A stretch of DNA of 64,000 nucleotides, taken from assembly GCA_011390785.1 (NCBI GenBank), contig JAABRR010000010.1:4784-68783 (forward strand). The letters are read 5' to 3'. Source of the DNA: Sphingobacteriia bacterium. Lineage in GTDB: Bacteria; Bacteroidota; Bacteroidia; Bacteroidales; UBA7960. A program made the translations under genes and the position numbers. Below are positions 17,879-27,292 of this stretch, one piece after another (within the stretch, counting starts at the first letter, position 1; every line of letters begins with the position of its first letter). Under the pieces are notes generated by a model that worked only from the letters and a program-made list of their open reading frames with translations, searched no databases and had not been told where the DNA came from.

Positions 17879-17879
17879 A

Positions 17880-18935
17880 ATGGATGAGCATGAATCTTAT
17901 ATGCACCGCTGCCTTGAGCTGGCAAAAAACGGATTAGGAAACGTGGCCCCAAACCCCATGGTAGGAAGTGTTATTGTAAATAAAGACAGAATTATTGGTG
18001 AAGGTTACCATCAAAAATATGGAGAACCACATGCCGAGGTTAATGCAATAAACTCAGTTAAGGACAAATCGCTACTTCCTCATTCAACTTTATATGTTAA
18101 TCTTGAACCCTGTTGTCATTATGGCAAAACTCCACCCTGTACTGATCTGATCATAAAAGAAAGAATTCCTGAAGTAATCATTGGAAGTGTTGATCCTTAT
18201 GATATAGTTGCCGGCAAAGGAATTGCCAAGCTAAGAAACAACGGTGTCAAAGTAAAAGTGGGGGTTTTAAAGAGTGAAGCAATAAGACTCAATAAAAGAT
18301 TCTTTACTTTCCATCAAAAAGGAAGGCCTTACATCATCTTAAAATGGGCCCAAACAGCAGATGCTTTCATTGATATAGAAAGGTTGCCTGGAACACCAGC
18401 CAGGCCTACATGGATAACTTCGGAAAAACTTCGGTTACTTGTACACAAATGGAGAACACAGGAGCAAGGCATAATGGTAGGAACGATAACTGCACTAAAA
18501 GATAATCCAATGTTAAATGTACGTGATTGGACAGGCAAACAGCCCACCAGAATTGTTCTTGATGAAAATCTTACGCTTTCAGAAAAACTCAATATTTTCG
18601 ATAATACCCAAAAAACAATTGTTTTTAATCAAAAAATCAACAAAACCGAAGATCTTACCCATTGGATTCAAACAGATTTCTCCAACCCACACTTTCTTAC
18701 AGAAATACTTAGCATATTAAAAGAGCTTCAAATACAATCAATAATAATAGAAGGTGGTCAGAAACTGCTAAAAACCTTTATTTCTCAAAATGTGTGGGAT
18801 GAGGCACGTATTTTTCAGGGAAGTAAATTCTTTGTTAATGGATTAAAGGCCCCCACCCTTCAGGTAGAAAAATTTACTCAGATTTTTATTGGTAATGAAA
18901 TCCTATTCTGGGTAAAAAATCATCGTAGTCAGTAA
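17880..18935 (+). CDS. ribD: Bifunctional diaminohydroxyphosphoribosylaminopyrimidine deaminase / 5-amino-6-(5-phosphoribosylamino)uracil reductase
   Basis: Deaminase zinc motifs HAEVNAI and PCCHYGKTPPC. C-terminal RibD_C-like reductase half. Confidence 0.92.
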   Translation: MDEHESYMHRCLELAKNGLGNVAPNPMVGSVIVNKDRIIGEGYHQKYGEPHAEVNAINSVKDKSLLPHSTLYVNLEPCCHYGKTPPCTDLIIKERIPEVIIGSVDPYDIVAGKGIAKLRNNGVKVKVGVLKSEAIRLNKRFFTFHQKGRPYIILKWAQTADAFIDIERLPGTPARPTWITSEKLRLLVHKWRTQEQGIMVGTITALKDNPMLNVRDWTGKQPTRIVLDENLTLSEKLNIFDNTQKTIVFNQKINKTEDLTHWIQTDFSNPHFLTEILSILKELQIQSIIIEGGQKLLKTFISQNVWDEARIFQGSKFFVNGLKAPTLQVEKFTQIFIGNEILFWVKNHRSQ

Positions 18936-18946
18936 AAATATTCGTT

Positions 18947-19801
18947 ATGATTAATATATTTCTGGCTATTTTTTTTTCTACCTGCATTATTATAACCTTT
19001 CGACTTTTTGGTAAATACAAAATAGATAATTTACAGGCAATAACCTTTAATTATTTAGTAGCCTCAATACTTTCTTTTACAAGTTTTAATGAATGGATTT
19101 CTCCTTTGGAGATTTTACAAAAAAGCTGGTTTATTTGGGCTACTCTAAATGGATTTCTATTTATTTTGGTATTTTATATTTTTGCCAGATCAGCTCAAAA
19201 TGCCGGTGTCGCTATTACATCTGTTGCCAGTAAAATGTCAGTAGTAATTCCCGTTCTTATAGGAATTATTTTTTACAAAGACAATATAAACTGGCTAAAA
19301 ATGGCAGGAATTATTATTGCTTTTCCAGCATTTTACCTGATCTTATCACGCAAAACGGAAGAAAAAGTAGGTCTGAAATATTTTATTCTTCCGCTCCTTT
19401 TATTTTTGGGAACCGGAAGCAATGACAGTATAATGAAACATGCCCAAACCTATTATGTTTTCGATGATTATTTGCTTTTTCTGGGAACCATTTTCTTTCT
19501 CTCATTAATTATTGGAATTATTTTCTGGATAACGGGTATTACAGCAAAAAAGCAACCTGTTAGCACAAAAAATATTCTTGCAGGAATAATTCTGGGTATT
19601 TTAAACTATTTATCAACAATGTTTTTTTTAAGAAGTGTTGCCATATTTCAAAGCTCGGAGTTTTTTCCTGTTTTTAATGTCAGCATTGTAAGTATGGGTG
19701 CATTGGTGGGTTATTTTCTGTTTAAGGAAAAACTTTTGATAAAGAACTGGATCGGGATACTATTGGCTATTTCTACTATACTTTTAATTGCATTTGCTTA
19801 G
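18947..19801 (+). CDS. Polytopic inner-membrane protein, DMT/EamA-like transporter (tentative)
   Basis: 284 aa, about 10 hydrophobic segments, no soluble domain. Family assignment is by general resemblance only. Confidence 0.5.
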   Translation: MINIFLAIFFSTCIIITFRLFGKYKIDNLQAITFNYLVASILSFTSFNEWISPLEILQKSWFIWATLNGFLFILVFYIFARSAQNAGVAITSVASKMSVVIPVLIGIIFYKDNINWLKMAGIIIAFPAFYLILSRKTEEKVGLKYFILPLLLFLGTGSNDSIMKHAQTYYVFDDYLLFLGTIFFLSLIIGIIFWITGITAKKQPVSTKNILAGIILGILNYLSTMFFLRSVAIFQSSEFFPVFNVSIVSMGALVGYFLFKEKLLIKNWIGILLAISTILLIAFA

Positions 19802-19811
19802 TTGTTATAAT

Positions 19812-20423
19812 ATGTTTGAAGATACATTTAAAACCATAAAAGTTGTTAGTGAAGGAATTTATAAGGAAAAAGGTTCCAAATTTATTGCTTTTGCCTTTCC
19901 TGTTAAAAACGAAGATCAGATTAAAGAACACTTGCAGGAACTCAAAAAGAAGTATTATGATGCTCAACATCATTGCTTTGCCTATGCCTTGGGGCCAAAC
20001 AGGGATGGATTTCGCATAAATGATGACGGAGAACCTTCTGGTACAGGTGGCAAGCCCATCTACGGCCAAATACTATCCCACGATCTTACCAATATTCTTA
20101 TTGTTGTTATCAGATATTTTGGTGGAGTAAAACTTGGAGTAAGAGGACTGATCAATGCTTATAAAACGGCTGCAATAGATGCATTAAACAATAACTTAAT
20201 TGTAGAAAAAATTATTACTGAAATTTACGAGATAAAGTTTGAATATCCTCTAATGAATGAAGTTATGAGATTATTAAAAGAGAATGATCTGGAGCAAATT
20301 TCACATAAGTTTTCACTTTCCTGTGTTGTTGAATTTGCCGTAAGAAGAAATGATGCCAAACGTATTAAACAATCATTTGATGCAATTTATGGGGTTACCA
20401 CAAATTATAAGTACACTCGCTAA
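19812..20423 (+). CDS. yigZ: IMPACT/YigZ family protein
   Basis: KGSKFIAFAFPV...HHCFAYALG...DDGEPSGTGGKPI is the UPF0029 signature. ATG at 19812 preferred over the upstream start at 19788. Confidence 0.8.
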   Translation: MFEDTFKTIKVVSEGIYKEKGSKFIAFAFPVKNEDQIKEHLQELKKKYYDAQHHCFAYALGPNRDGFRINDDGEPSGTGGKPIYGQILSHDLTNILIVVIRYFGGVKLGVRGLINAYKTAAIDALNNNLIVEKIITEIYEIKFEYPLMNEVMRLLKENDLEQISHKFSLSCVVEFAVRRNDAKRIKQSFDAIYGVTTNYKYTR

Positions 20424-20737
20424 TTATAATTTTTCTTAATCCGAATTAGTTTAGTTAAAGATTTTGCTCTGCTTTATATTGCATTTTATTTAAATAGGTT
20501 CATTTCAATAAATCATAATCAAAATGAACATAATTAATAAATATATTCTTATTGATCTACAATGTTTTACAGTATATTTATCCTATATGGAATAATATTA
20601 AGACTAAATATATTTTTATTCTGATTAACTATTAATAATTTTTTTTAGTTTTTTAGAAGTTATTATTATTTTACTTTGCTTTTTTCAGTAATAAGTAGTA
20701 TTATTGTTGCCACAATTTTCAAAAACCAACATAAGAG

Positions 20738-21511
20738 ATGGCGCGTAAAAGGAGTATATTTTTACTCTCCTTGATTGTTTTTTTTGCCACTTCGTGCACC
20801 AATCAATCTAAGGAATTTACCTTCGAAGGAAAACTCATTCTTTTGGACACACTCAATGTACCAGAATTGGATACAGAATTGGATGAAATAATTCAGTTGT
20901 ATCGCAGTGATCTTGAAGAGGAAATGAACCGTATTCTGGTTTATTCTGATATGGTATTAGAAAAAGGAACTCCAGAGGGGCCCCTTAATAACTTTGTTGC
21001 TGATCTTGTTTTTGATAAAGCCAATGAATTATACTTCCCTTCAGACAATTTGCCCATCGACTTTTGTCTGCTTAATTATGGTGGATTAAGGGTACCATTG
21101 CCCAAAGGTGATATTACCTATTCACGTGTATATGAACTTTTGCCTTTCGAAAATCAAATGGTAGTAATAATGCTATCGGGAGTTAAAACCAGGGAGCTAT
21201 TTGAATATCTTGCATCATCGTCTGTAGGAATGCCTGTTTCCGGAATAAAACTTACCATTAAAAATTCCTTACCCCACTCCATTTTGATAAATGGAAAAAT
21301 CTTTGACGAAAACAGAAATTATAAAATTCTAACATCAGATTATTTGGCAGGTGGTGGCGATAATATGAATTTCTTCCTTAATCCCATTCAATACGAATAC
21401 GTTGGAATGAAAGTTAGAGATGCTATTATTGAACATATGCAGGTGAAACATGAGAATGGAGAAAAAATTTCAGCAAAACTGGATCAAAGGATTACAATAT
21501 TAAACGATTAA
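20738..21511 (+). CDS. 5'-nucleotidase C-terminal (substrate-binding) domain lipoprotein
   Basis: Lipoprotein-like signal ending FFATSC. NFVADL...NYGGLR...TSDYLAGGGD is typical of the 5_nucleotid_C domain. Confidence 0.75.
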   Translation: MARKRSIFLLSLIVFFATSCTNQSKEFTFEGKLILLDTLNVPELDTELDEIIQLYRSDLEEEMNRILVYSDMVLEKGTPEGPLNNFVADLVFDKANELYFPSDNLPIDFCLLNYGGLRVPLPKGDITYSRVYELLPFENQMVVIMLSGVKTRELFEYLASSSVGMPVSGIKLTIKNSLPHSILINGKIFDENRNYKILTSDYLAGGGDNMNFFLNPIQYEYVGMKVRDAIIEHMQVKHENGEKISAKLDQRITILND

Positions 21512-21523
21512 TCTATAATTATT

Positions 21524-22444
21524 ATGGCAATAACCATTAGTAGAAGAGCATTTATTCGAAACCTTTCTATAGGTGGTGCAGCCATCGCCAGTAGCATACC
21601 CCTGGTGGCCCTTCAGAATAAGAATACTAATCACCTATGTATTCTTCATACCAATGATACACACAGCCGCATTGATCCTTATCCTGCCAACGATCCCAAC
21701 TACCCCAATATGGGGGGATATGCCCGCAGATATTCCCTTATTTCGTCTGTAAGACAATCGATTGAACATGTTTTACTGCTCGATTCAGGCGACATTTTTC
21801 AAGGGACTCCCTATTTTAATATGTATGGCGGCGAGCCTGAATTAAAACTAATGACTCAAATGCAATATGATGCATCTACTATCGGAAACCATGAGTTTGA
21901 TAATGGCCTGGAGCATCTCTCAAAAATAATCAAATATGCCGATTTTCCTTTTGTATCATCAAATTATGATTTTAGTGCCACTCCCATGAAAGGAAAAACA
22001 AATACCTATAAAGTGTTACAAAAAGGAAATATTAAAGTAGGACTATATGGTTTAGGAATAGAATTACAAGGACTTGTTGGTAATAACTTATACGGAAATA
22101 CCAAATATATAGATCCTTTGGAAACTGCTAAGAAAATCGAGCATTTCCTTAAAGAAGAGAAAAAATGTGATGTGATTATTTGTCTTTCTCATCTTGGCTA
22201 TAGGTATCAAAATGAGCAGATAAGTGACGTAGTTATTGCCCGGAATACCAGATTTACAAACATAATTTTAGGTGGTCATACACATACATTACTAGAAAAC
22301 TATCCAGAGATTCTAAATGCCGCAGGTAAAAAAGTATATATCGGACAAACAGGTTATGGTGGTGTTCGCTTAGGGCGCATAGATCTTTATTTTAACGAAA
22401 AAACTAATGAAACCTTTGTCGAAAGTAATACAATAAAAATTTAA
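21524..22444 (+). CDS. Metallophosphoesterase (5'-nucleotidase N-terminal catalytic domain) with a twin-arginine signal
   Basis: SRRAFIRNLSIGGAAIA (Tat-type signal). Catalytic motifs HTNDTHS, GDIFQG, GNHEFD and GGHTH. Confidence 0.8.
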   Translation: MAITISRRAFIRNLSIGGAAIASSIPLVALQNKNTNHLCILHTNDTHSRIDPYPANDPNYPNMGGYARRYSLISSVRQSIEHVLLLDSGDIFQGTPYFNMYGGEPELKLMTQMQYDASTIGNHEFDNGLEHLSKIIKYADFPFVSSNYDFSATPMKGKTNTYKVLQKGNIKVGLYGLGIELQGLVGNNLYGNTKYIDPLETAKKIEHFLKEEKKCDVIICLSHLGYRYQNEQISDVVIARNTRFTNIILGGHTHTLLENYPEILNAAGKKVYIGQTGYGGVRLGRIDLYFNEKTNETFVESNTIKI

Positions 22445-22595
22445 GAAAATCAAGGTGTATAATATTTTTTTATTCACTTTTTTTTTCCAATTTTTGTTTA
22501 AAATTTTAGAGGGGTCATTACAAAACACATAATGCTGTTTATCAACCCAAAAGCGTGAACGATACAATAAATGATATAGAATTATAATAAAAGAG

Positions 22596-24038
22596 ATGGA
22601 TAATACGCACGATTTAGTTTGGTCAAAATGTTTAAATGTTATTAAGGATAATATTCCTCAAAATAGTTTTAATACATGGTTCGCGCCCATTAAGCCCATT
22701 AAAATTGTTAATAATGTATTGACCATTCAGGTGCCCAGTCAATTTTTTTATGAATGGCTTGAAGAACATTATATTGAATTGCTGAGAAAAACAATAAAAA
22801 AAGAGTTGGGTGCAGATGGCAGGCTGGAATACAGCATAGTAATGGATAGTGCCTATAATCATAATAAACCTTTTACCATCAATGCTCCAACATTAAACAG
22901 AAAAGCATTGAAAAATCCACCGGTAACTATGCCTTTAGATTTAAATAAAGAAAGTGGTAAAACAGTTCCCAATCCATTTATTATACCTGGATTGAAAAAA
23001 CTTGATATTCATCCACAGCTAATCGAATCTTACAATTTTGAAAATTTTGTTCAGGGTGATTGTAACAGATTAGCCAGAAGTGCAGGTATTGCAGTGGGGC
23101 AGAATCCTGGAAAAACTTCTTTTAATCCTTTGCTGCTTTATAGTGCAAACGGATTAGGAAAAACCCACCTTGCCCATGCAATTGGCATTGAAGTAAAAAA
23201 TAATTTTCCTGACAAAACGGTTCTTTATGTTTCATGTGAACAGTTTACCAATCAGTTTATTGATGCTGTAAAGAATTCAAACCAGAATGATTTTATTCAT
23301 TTCTATCAAATGATAGATGTTTTAATTGTTGATGATATTCATTCTCTGGCCAATAAGCCTAAAACCCAGGATGTATTTTTTCATATCTTTAACCAGTTGC
23401 ATCAAAACGGTAAACAGATTATTATTACATCAGACCAACCACCCGTTGAAATGAAAGGAATAGAACACCGCTTGCTCTCGCGTTTCAAATGGGGATTATC
23501 TGCCGATCTTCAGGTGCCTGATCTGGAAACTCGTGTGGCTATTCTGAAGAAAAAAATGTACAACGATGGGGTGCAAATGCCCCAAATTGTTATTGAACTT
23601 ATAGCCAATACTATTGATACCAATATTCGTGAAATGGAAGGAGCAATGATATCAATACTGGCGCAGTCTTCAATGAATAAAAAAGAAATAAATATTGATC
23701 TCGCTAACTCCGTTCTTCAAAAATTTGTTAAAAGTACTCCCCGAGAAATCACTATTGAACACATCCAAAAAACTGTTGGAGAGTATTTCAGTATTCCAAT
23801 TGATAAAATTAATTCCAGTACCAGAAAACGAGAAATAGTTCAGGCAAGACAATTAGCTATGTTTTTTTCAAAAGCTTACACAAAACATTCCCTTGCTTCA
23901 ATTGGTACTAAATTAGGGAAAAAAGACCATGCTACAGTTCTTCATGCCTGTAAAACAGTAAAAAATCTTTGCGATACAGACAGAGATTTCAAAAAGCATT
24001 TTGATGAGATTGAAAATATGCTTAAAATTAAACTATAA
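22596..24038 (+). CDS. dnaA: Chromosomal replication initiator protein DnaA
   Basis: Walker A GANGLGKTHL, AAA+ core, and a C-terminal DNA-binding domain (RQLAMFFSK...HATVLHAC). Confidence 0.95.
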   Translation: MDNTHDLVWSKCLNVIKDNIPQNSFNTWFAPIKPIKIVNNVLTIQVPSQFFYEWLEEHYIELLRKTIKKELGADGRLEYSIVMDSAYNHNKPFTINAPTLNRKALKNPPVTMPLDLNKESGKTVPNPFIIPGLKKLDIHPQLIESYNFENFVQGDCNRLARSAGIAVGQNPGKTSFNPLLLYSANGLGKTHLAHAIGIEVKNNFPDKTVLYVSCEQFTNQFIDAVKNSNQNDFIHFYQMIDVLIVDDIHSLANKPKTQDVFFHIFNQLHQNGKQIIITSDQPPVEMKGIEHRLLSRFKWGLSADLQVPDLETRVAILKKKMYNDGVQMPQIVIELIANTIDTNIREMEGAMISILAQSSMNKKEINIDLANSVLQKFVKSTPREITIEHIQKTVGEYFSIPIDKINSSTRKREIVQARQLAMFFSKAYTKHSLASIGTKLGKKDHATVLHACKTVKNLCDTDRDFKKHFDEIENMLKIKL

Positions 24039-24216
24039 GTTGTATAATATTAATCAGAAATATTAAACCCGGTTTTGCTATTTGTAATTCCGGGGTTTTT
24101 ATTTACAAAAACAATGATAGAAGTTGTTCGTTCGATTTACAAAAATTGAATAAAAAACCCAAAAGGTTAATCTTTAGAGATAAAATGATTACGATGAAAA
24201 TATAAATTTAAGACAC

Positions 24217-24684
24217 ATGAAGATATTAATGGTTTGTTTGGGTAATATATGCAGATCTCCTTTGGCTGAAGGAATTATGAAGCAGAAAATCAAACAAAAT
24301 GGCATCGAAGCAGATGTTGATTCTGCCGGAACAGCTGCCTATCATGTTGGAGAAATGCCAGACCCAAGATCTGTTCAGGTGGCAAAGAAAAATGGAATAG
24401 ATATTACCTACCAAAGGGCACGTAAATTTGTCAACACTGATTTTGATCGTTTCGATAAAATTTTTGCAATGGATACTTCTAATTATAATGATCTTATTGA
24501 TAAGGCAGCAACAGACGATGATAAAAATAAAATAATGATGATCCTGGAAAAAACAAATCCGGGGCAATATAAATCAGTTCCTGATCCTTATTACGGAGGA
24601 GCTGATGGATTTGATAAGGTTTTTACCATGCTGGATAACGCTTGCGAAATAATAGTAAAAGAAATGCTGAATCATGAAAAGTGA
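24217..24684 (+). CDS. Low-molecular-weight protein-tyrosine phosphatase
   Basis: MKILMVCLGNICRSPLAEG contains the CX5R(S) P-loop. DPYYG contains the catalytic Asp. Confidence 0.9.
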   Translation: MKILMVCLGNICRSPLAEGIMKQKIKQNGIEADVDSAGTAAYHVGEMPDPRSVQVAKKNGIDITYQRARKFVNTDFDRFDKIFAMDTSNYNDLIDKAATDDDKNKIMMILEKTNPGQYKSVPDPYYGGADGFDKVFTMLDNACEIIVKEMLNHEK

Positions 24685-25636
24685 TATCGATTTTATTACA
24701 GCATCAGACATTGAGAATGCTTATAAAAGAATTTCTGTTTATACCAACACAACACCTCTTTTATCCAGTAGTACAATTAACCATCTTACGGATGCCATGA
24801 TCTCATTTAAATGTGAGAATTTTCAAAAAGCGGGTGCATTCAAATTCAGGGGGGCAACCAATGCTATTCTCAAACTAAAAGAGAAAACAGATATCAGAAG
24901 TGTTTGCACTCATTCTTCCGGAAATCATGCACAGGCCCTGGCACTTGCATCTAAAATGCATGGGTATCAATCGCACATCGTTATGCCCCAAAATGCTCCT
25001 CGTGTAAAAGTTAATGCTGTAAAATCTTATGAAGGGAATATCACATTTTGTGAACCAACACTGCAGGCAAGAGAAGATACACTAAACAAGATTAAGGAGC
25101 AAACTAAAGCGGTAGTTATCCATCCTTATAATAACTATGATGTAATTGAAGGTCAGGCCACTTGTTTTTATGAATCACTTCAACAAAGTGTTCAAACACC
25201 TGATTATTTAGTTTGTCCGGTTGGAGGTGGCGGTCTTTTGAGCGGATCCCTGCTAACGGCCAAATACTTTTCTAACCAAACAAAAGTAATTGCTGCCGAA
25301 CCCGAAATGGCTAATGATGCATGGCAATCTTTTAGAAGTAAGAACCTTATTTTATCTGAAAATCCAGTTACCATTGCCGATGGTCTCAAAACATCTCTGG
25401 GCTCTTACACCTGGCCAATCATAAGGGATAATGTTTATGACATTCTAACTGCAAGCGAAGAAAGTATAATAAAAGCCATGTATTTTGTTTGGGAAAGAAT
25501 GAAAATAGTAATTGAACCTTCAGCTGCTGTTTCGTTGGCAGTTGTTTTGAATTATCCGGAAATATTTCGTGGAACCAACGTATGGATTATTTTCTCAGGA
25601 GGCAACGTTGATCTTCAGAAACTTCCCTGGCAATAA
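24674..25636 (+). CDS. PLP-dependent threonine/serine dehydratase family enzyme
   Basis: FQKAGAFKFRGA (PLP-lysine motif), SSGNHAQA, and the GGGGL phosphate-binding loop. Confidence 0.85.
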   Translation: MKSDIDFITASDIENAYKRISVYTNTTPLLSSSTINHLTDAMISFKCENFQKAGAFKFRGATNAILKLKEKTDIRSVCTHSSGNHAQALALASKMHGYQSHIVMPQNAPRVKVNAVKSYEGNITFCEPTLQAREDTLNKIKEQTKAVVIHPYNNYDVIEGQATCFYESLQQSVQTPDYLVCPVGGGGLLSGSLLTAKYFSNQTKVIAAEPEMANDAWQSFRSKNLILSENPVTIADGLKTSLGSYTWPIIRDNVYDILTASEESIIKAMYFVWERMKIVIEPSAAVSLAVVLNYPEIFRGTNVWIIFSGGNVDLQKLPWQ

Positions 25637-25658
25637 TCAATTTGACAATTTTTATGCT

Positions 25659-26387
25659 ATGAGTATTGAAAAGATTGAAAAGGGCATGTTATTTCTTATA
25701 CCCGTTGGTTTAGGCAGTGAGAATCTTGAAAATGTTCTGCCAACATTTAACGCTTCTGTAATTAATAATCTCGAAGTATTTATTGTAGAAAATATAAGAA
25801 CAGCAAGAAGATTCTTGAGAAGTACAGGCTACCAGAAAGATTTTGATAAAGTTACTTTCCATATTCTTAATAAACATACTTTAATATCAGACATTCCTAC
25901 ATTTCTTATGGGGGCTATGAAGGGTAAAGATATCGGGTTACTTTCGGAAGCAGGAAATCCTTGCATTGCTGACCCGGGTAATATTATTGTGAAGCTTGCC
26001 CATGAAAAAGGTATCAGAGTGATTCCCATGGTAGGCCCAAATTCAATATTAATGGCTCTTATAGCATCAGGATTTAATGGTCAAAATTTTACCTTCAATG
26101 GATATCTACCGGTAAACAAAAATGATCGGTTGGCCAAATTAAAGGAGTTGCAATATTTGATCTATAAAAAGGATCAAACTCAGATATTTATGGAAACTCC
26201 TTTTAGAAATAATACATTATTGGAAATTATTTTGGCTACCTGCCACGAAAACATGCTGCTATGCATAGCATCAAATATAAGCCAACCCGATGAACTAATT
26301 CAAACTAAGCCAATTAAATACTGGAAAAGAAAAACGCCTGATTTAAATAAAAAACCAAGCGTTTTTCTGTTGTATAAAAGTGAATAG
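25659..26387 (+). CDS. SAM-dependent methyltransferase, tetrapyrrole-methylase fold (RsmI/YraL-like)
   Basis: MSIEKIEKGMLFLIPVGLG...EAGNPCIADPG...GPNSILMALIASG. ATG at 25659 chosen; the upstream extension overlaps the previous gene. Confidence 0.72.
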   Translation: MSIEKIEKGMLFLIPVGLGSENLENVLPTFNASVINNLEVFIVENIRTARRFLRSTGYQKDFDKVTFHILNKHTLISDIPTFLMGAMKGKDIGLLSEAGNPCIADPGNIIVKLAHEKGIRVIPMVGPNSILMALIASGFNGQNFTFNGYLPVNKNDRLAKLKELQYLIYKKDQTQIFMETPFRNNTLLEIILATCHENMLLCIASNISQPDELIQTKPIKYWKRKTPDLNKKPSVFLLYKSE

Positions 26388-26397
26388 TGTATTAATA

Positions 26398-27276
26398 CTA
26401 AATGTTATTTTTCCCCTTATTGGGAAGCGCCGGACGCTTTTTCTTAAAGGCAATAACCAAAACTACGACCCCCAGAATTATCATTGGAATACTCAATATT
26501 TGCCCCATGTTGATCCCAAGACTTTGCATAACATCATAATCAAAATCTCCGGGTCTGCTACCCTGTGGTTCTTTCCAAAATTCAACAATGAATCGCCATG
26601 CAAAAAGGGTGATTAGAAAATAGCCTGTCAAAAATCCTTCGTAAAGTTTATTCATTTTCTTAAAATACATCCACATCATAGAAAGAAAGATAAAGAGGTA
26701 GCCTATCCCTTCATAAATACCAGTTGGATGAACGGGTTCGGTAAAAACCGGATCTGCACCTCTCATCCATTGGGATACGTTCATAATGAATCGAAATCCC
26801 CATGGTTTATCTGTGGCATAACCATAAATTTCATGATTCATTATGTTTCCCATTCTAATAAACATTGCCCCCAATGCTACAGCAATTAGTAATCGGTCAA
26901 CATTCCAAAAAAACGGCATAGACGAAACCTTTCGATGATACCTAACCATGGCAATAATAATACCGATTGCTCCACCGTGGCTTGCCAACCCGCCCTGCCA
27001 GATATACAATATTTCAACGGGGTTGGCAATGTAATACTCAAAATCGTAGAAGAAACAGTGCCCAAGTCTGGCTCCCAAAACGCTTCCCAGTGCAATATGA
27101 ACCAGCAAGCTGTCAATTTCTTTTTGGCCTACACCTTCTTTTCTAAAAATACGGGAAACAATCTCATATCCAATATAAAAAGAAAGTGCCCAAAAAAGTC
27201 CGTACCATCTTACTGAAAGGGGGCCCAGAGAAAAAATTACCGGACTTACTTCCCAGGTTATATGTAAAAGTGTCAT
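26398..27276 (-). CDS. lgt: Prolipoprotein diacylglyceryl transferase
   Basis: 292 aa polytopic protein. RWYGLFWALSF...GARLGH...GGLASHGG matches Lgt signature regions. Confidence 0.85.
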   Translation of the reverse strand: MTLLHITWEVSPVIFSLGPLSVRWYGLFWALSFYIGYEIVSRIFRKEGVGQKEIDSLLVHIALGSVLGARLGHCFFYDFEYYIANPVEILYIWQGGLASHGGAIGIIIAMVRYHRKVSSMPFFWNVDRLLIAVALGAMFIRMGNIMNHEIYGYATDKPWGFRFIMNVSQWMRGADPVFTEPVHPTGIYEGIGYLFIFLSMMWMYFKKMNKLYEGFLTGYFLITLFAWRFIVEFWKEPQGSRPGDFDYDVMQSLGINMGQILSIPMIILGVVVLVIAFKKKRPALPNKGKNNI

Positions 27277-27292
27277 AAAACAGAATTATGTA

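Noticed and set aside
17785-17879. FMN riboswitch upstream of ribD
   Set aside because: The spacer is only 95 nt and AT-rich. It contains no segment resembling the conserved FMN aptamer core. Only a terminator hairpin is present.
22445-24216. oriC adjacent to dnaA
   Set aside because: I found no TTATCCACA or TGTGGATAA boxes, and no clusters of close variants, in either dnaA flank or in the 20424-20737 spacer. The best match is 6 of 9 positions. The origin cannot be placed from this window.
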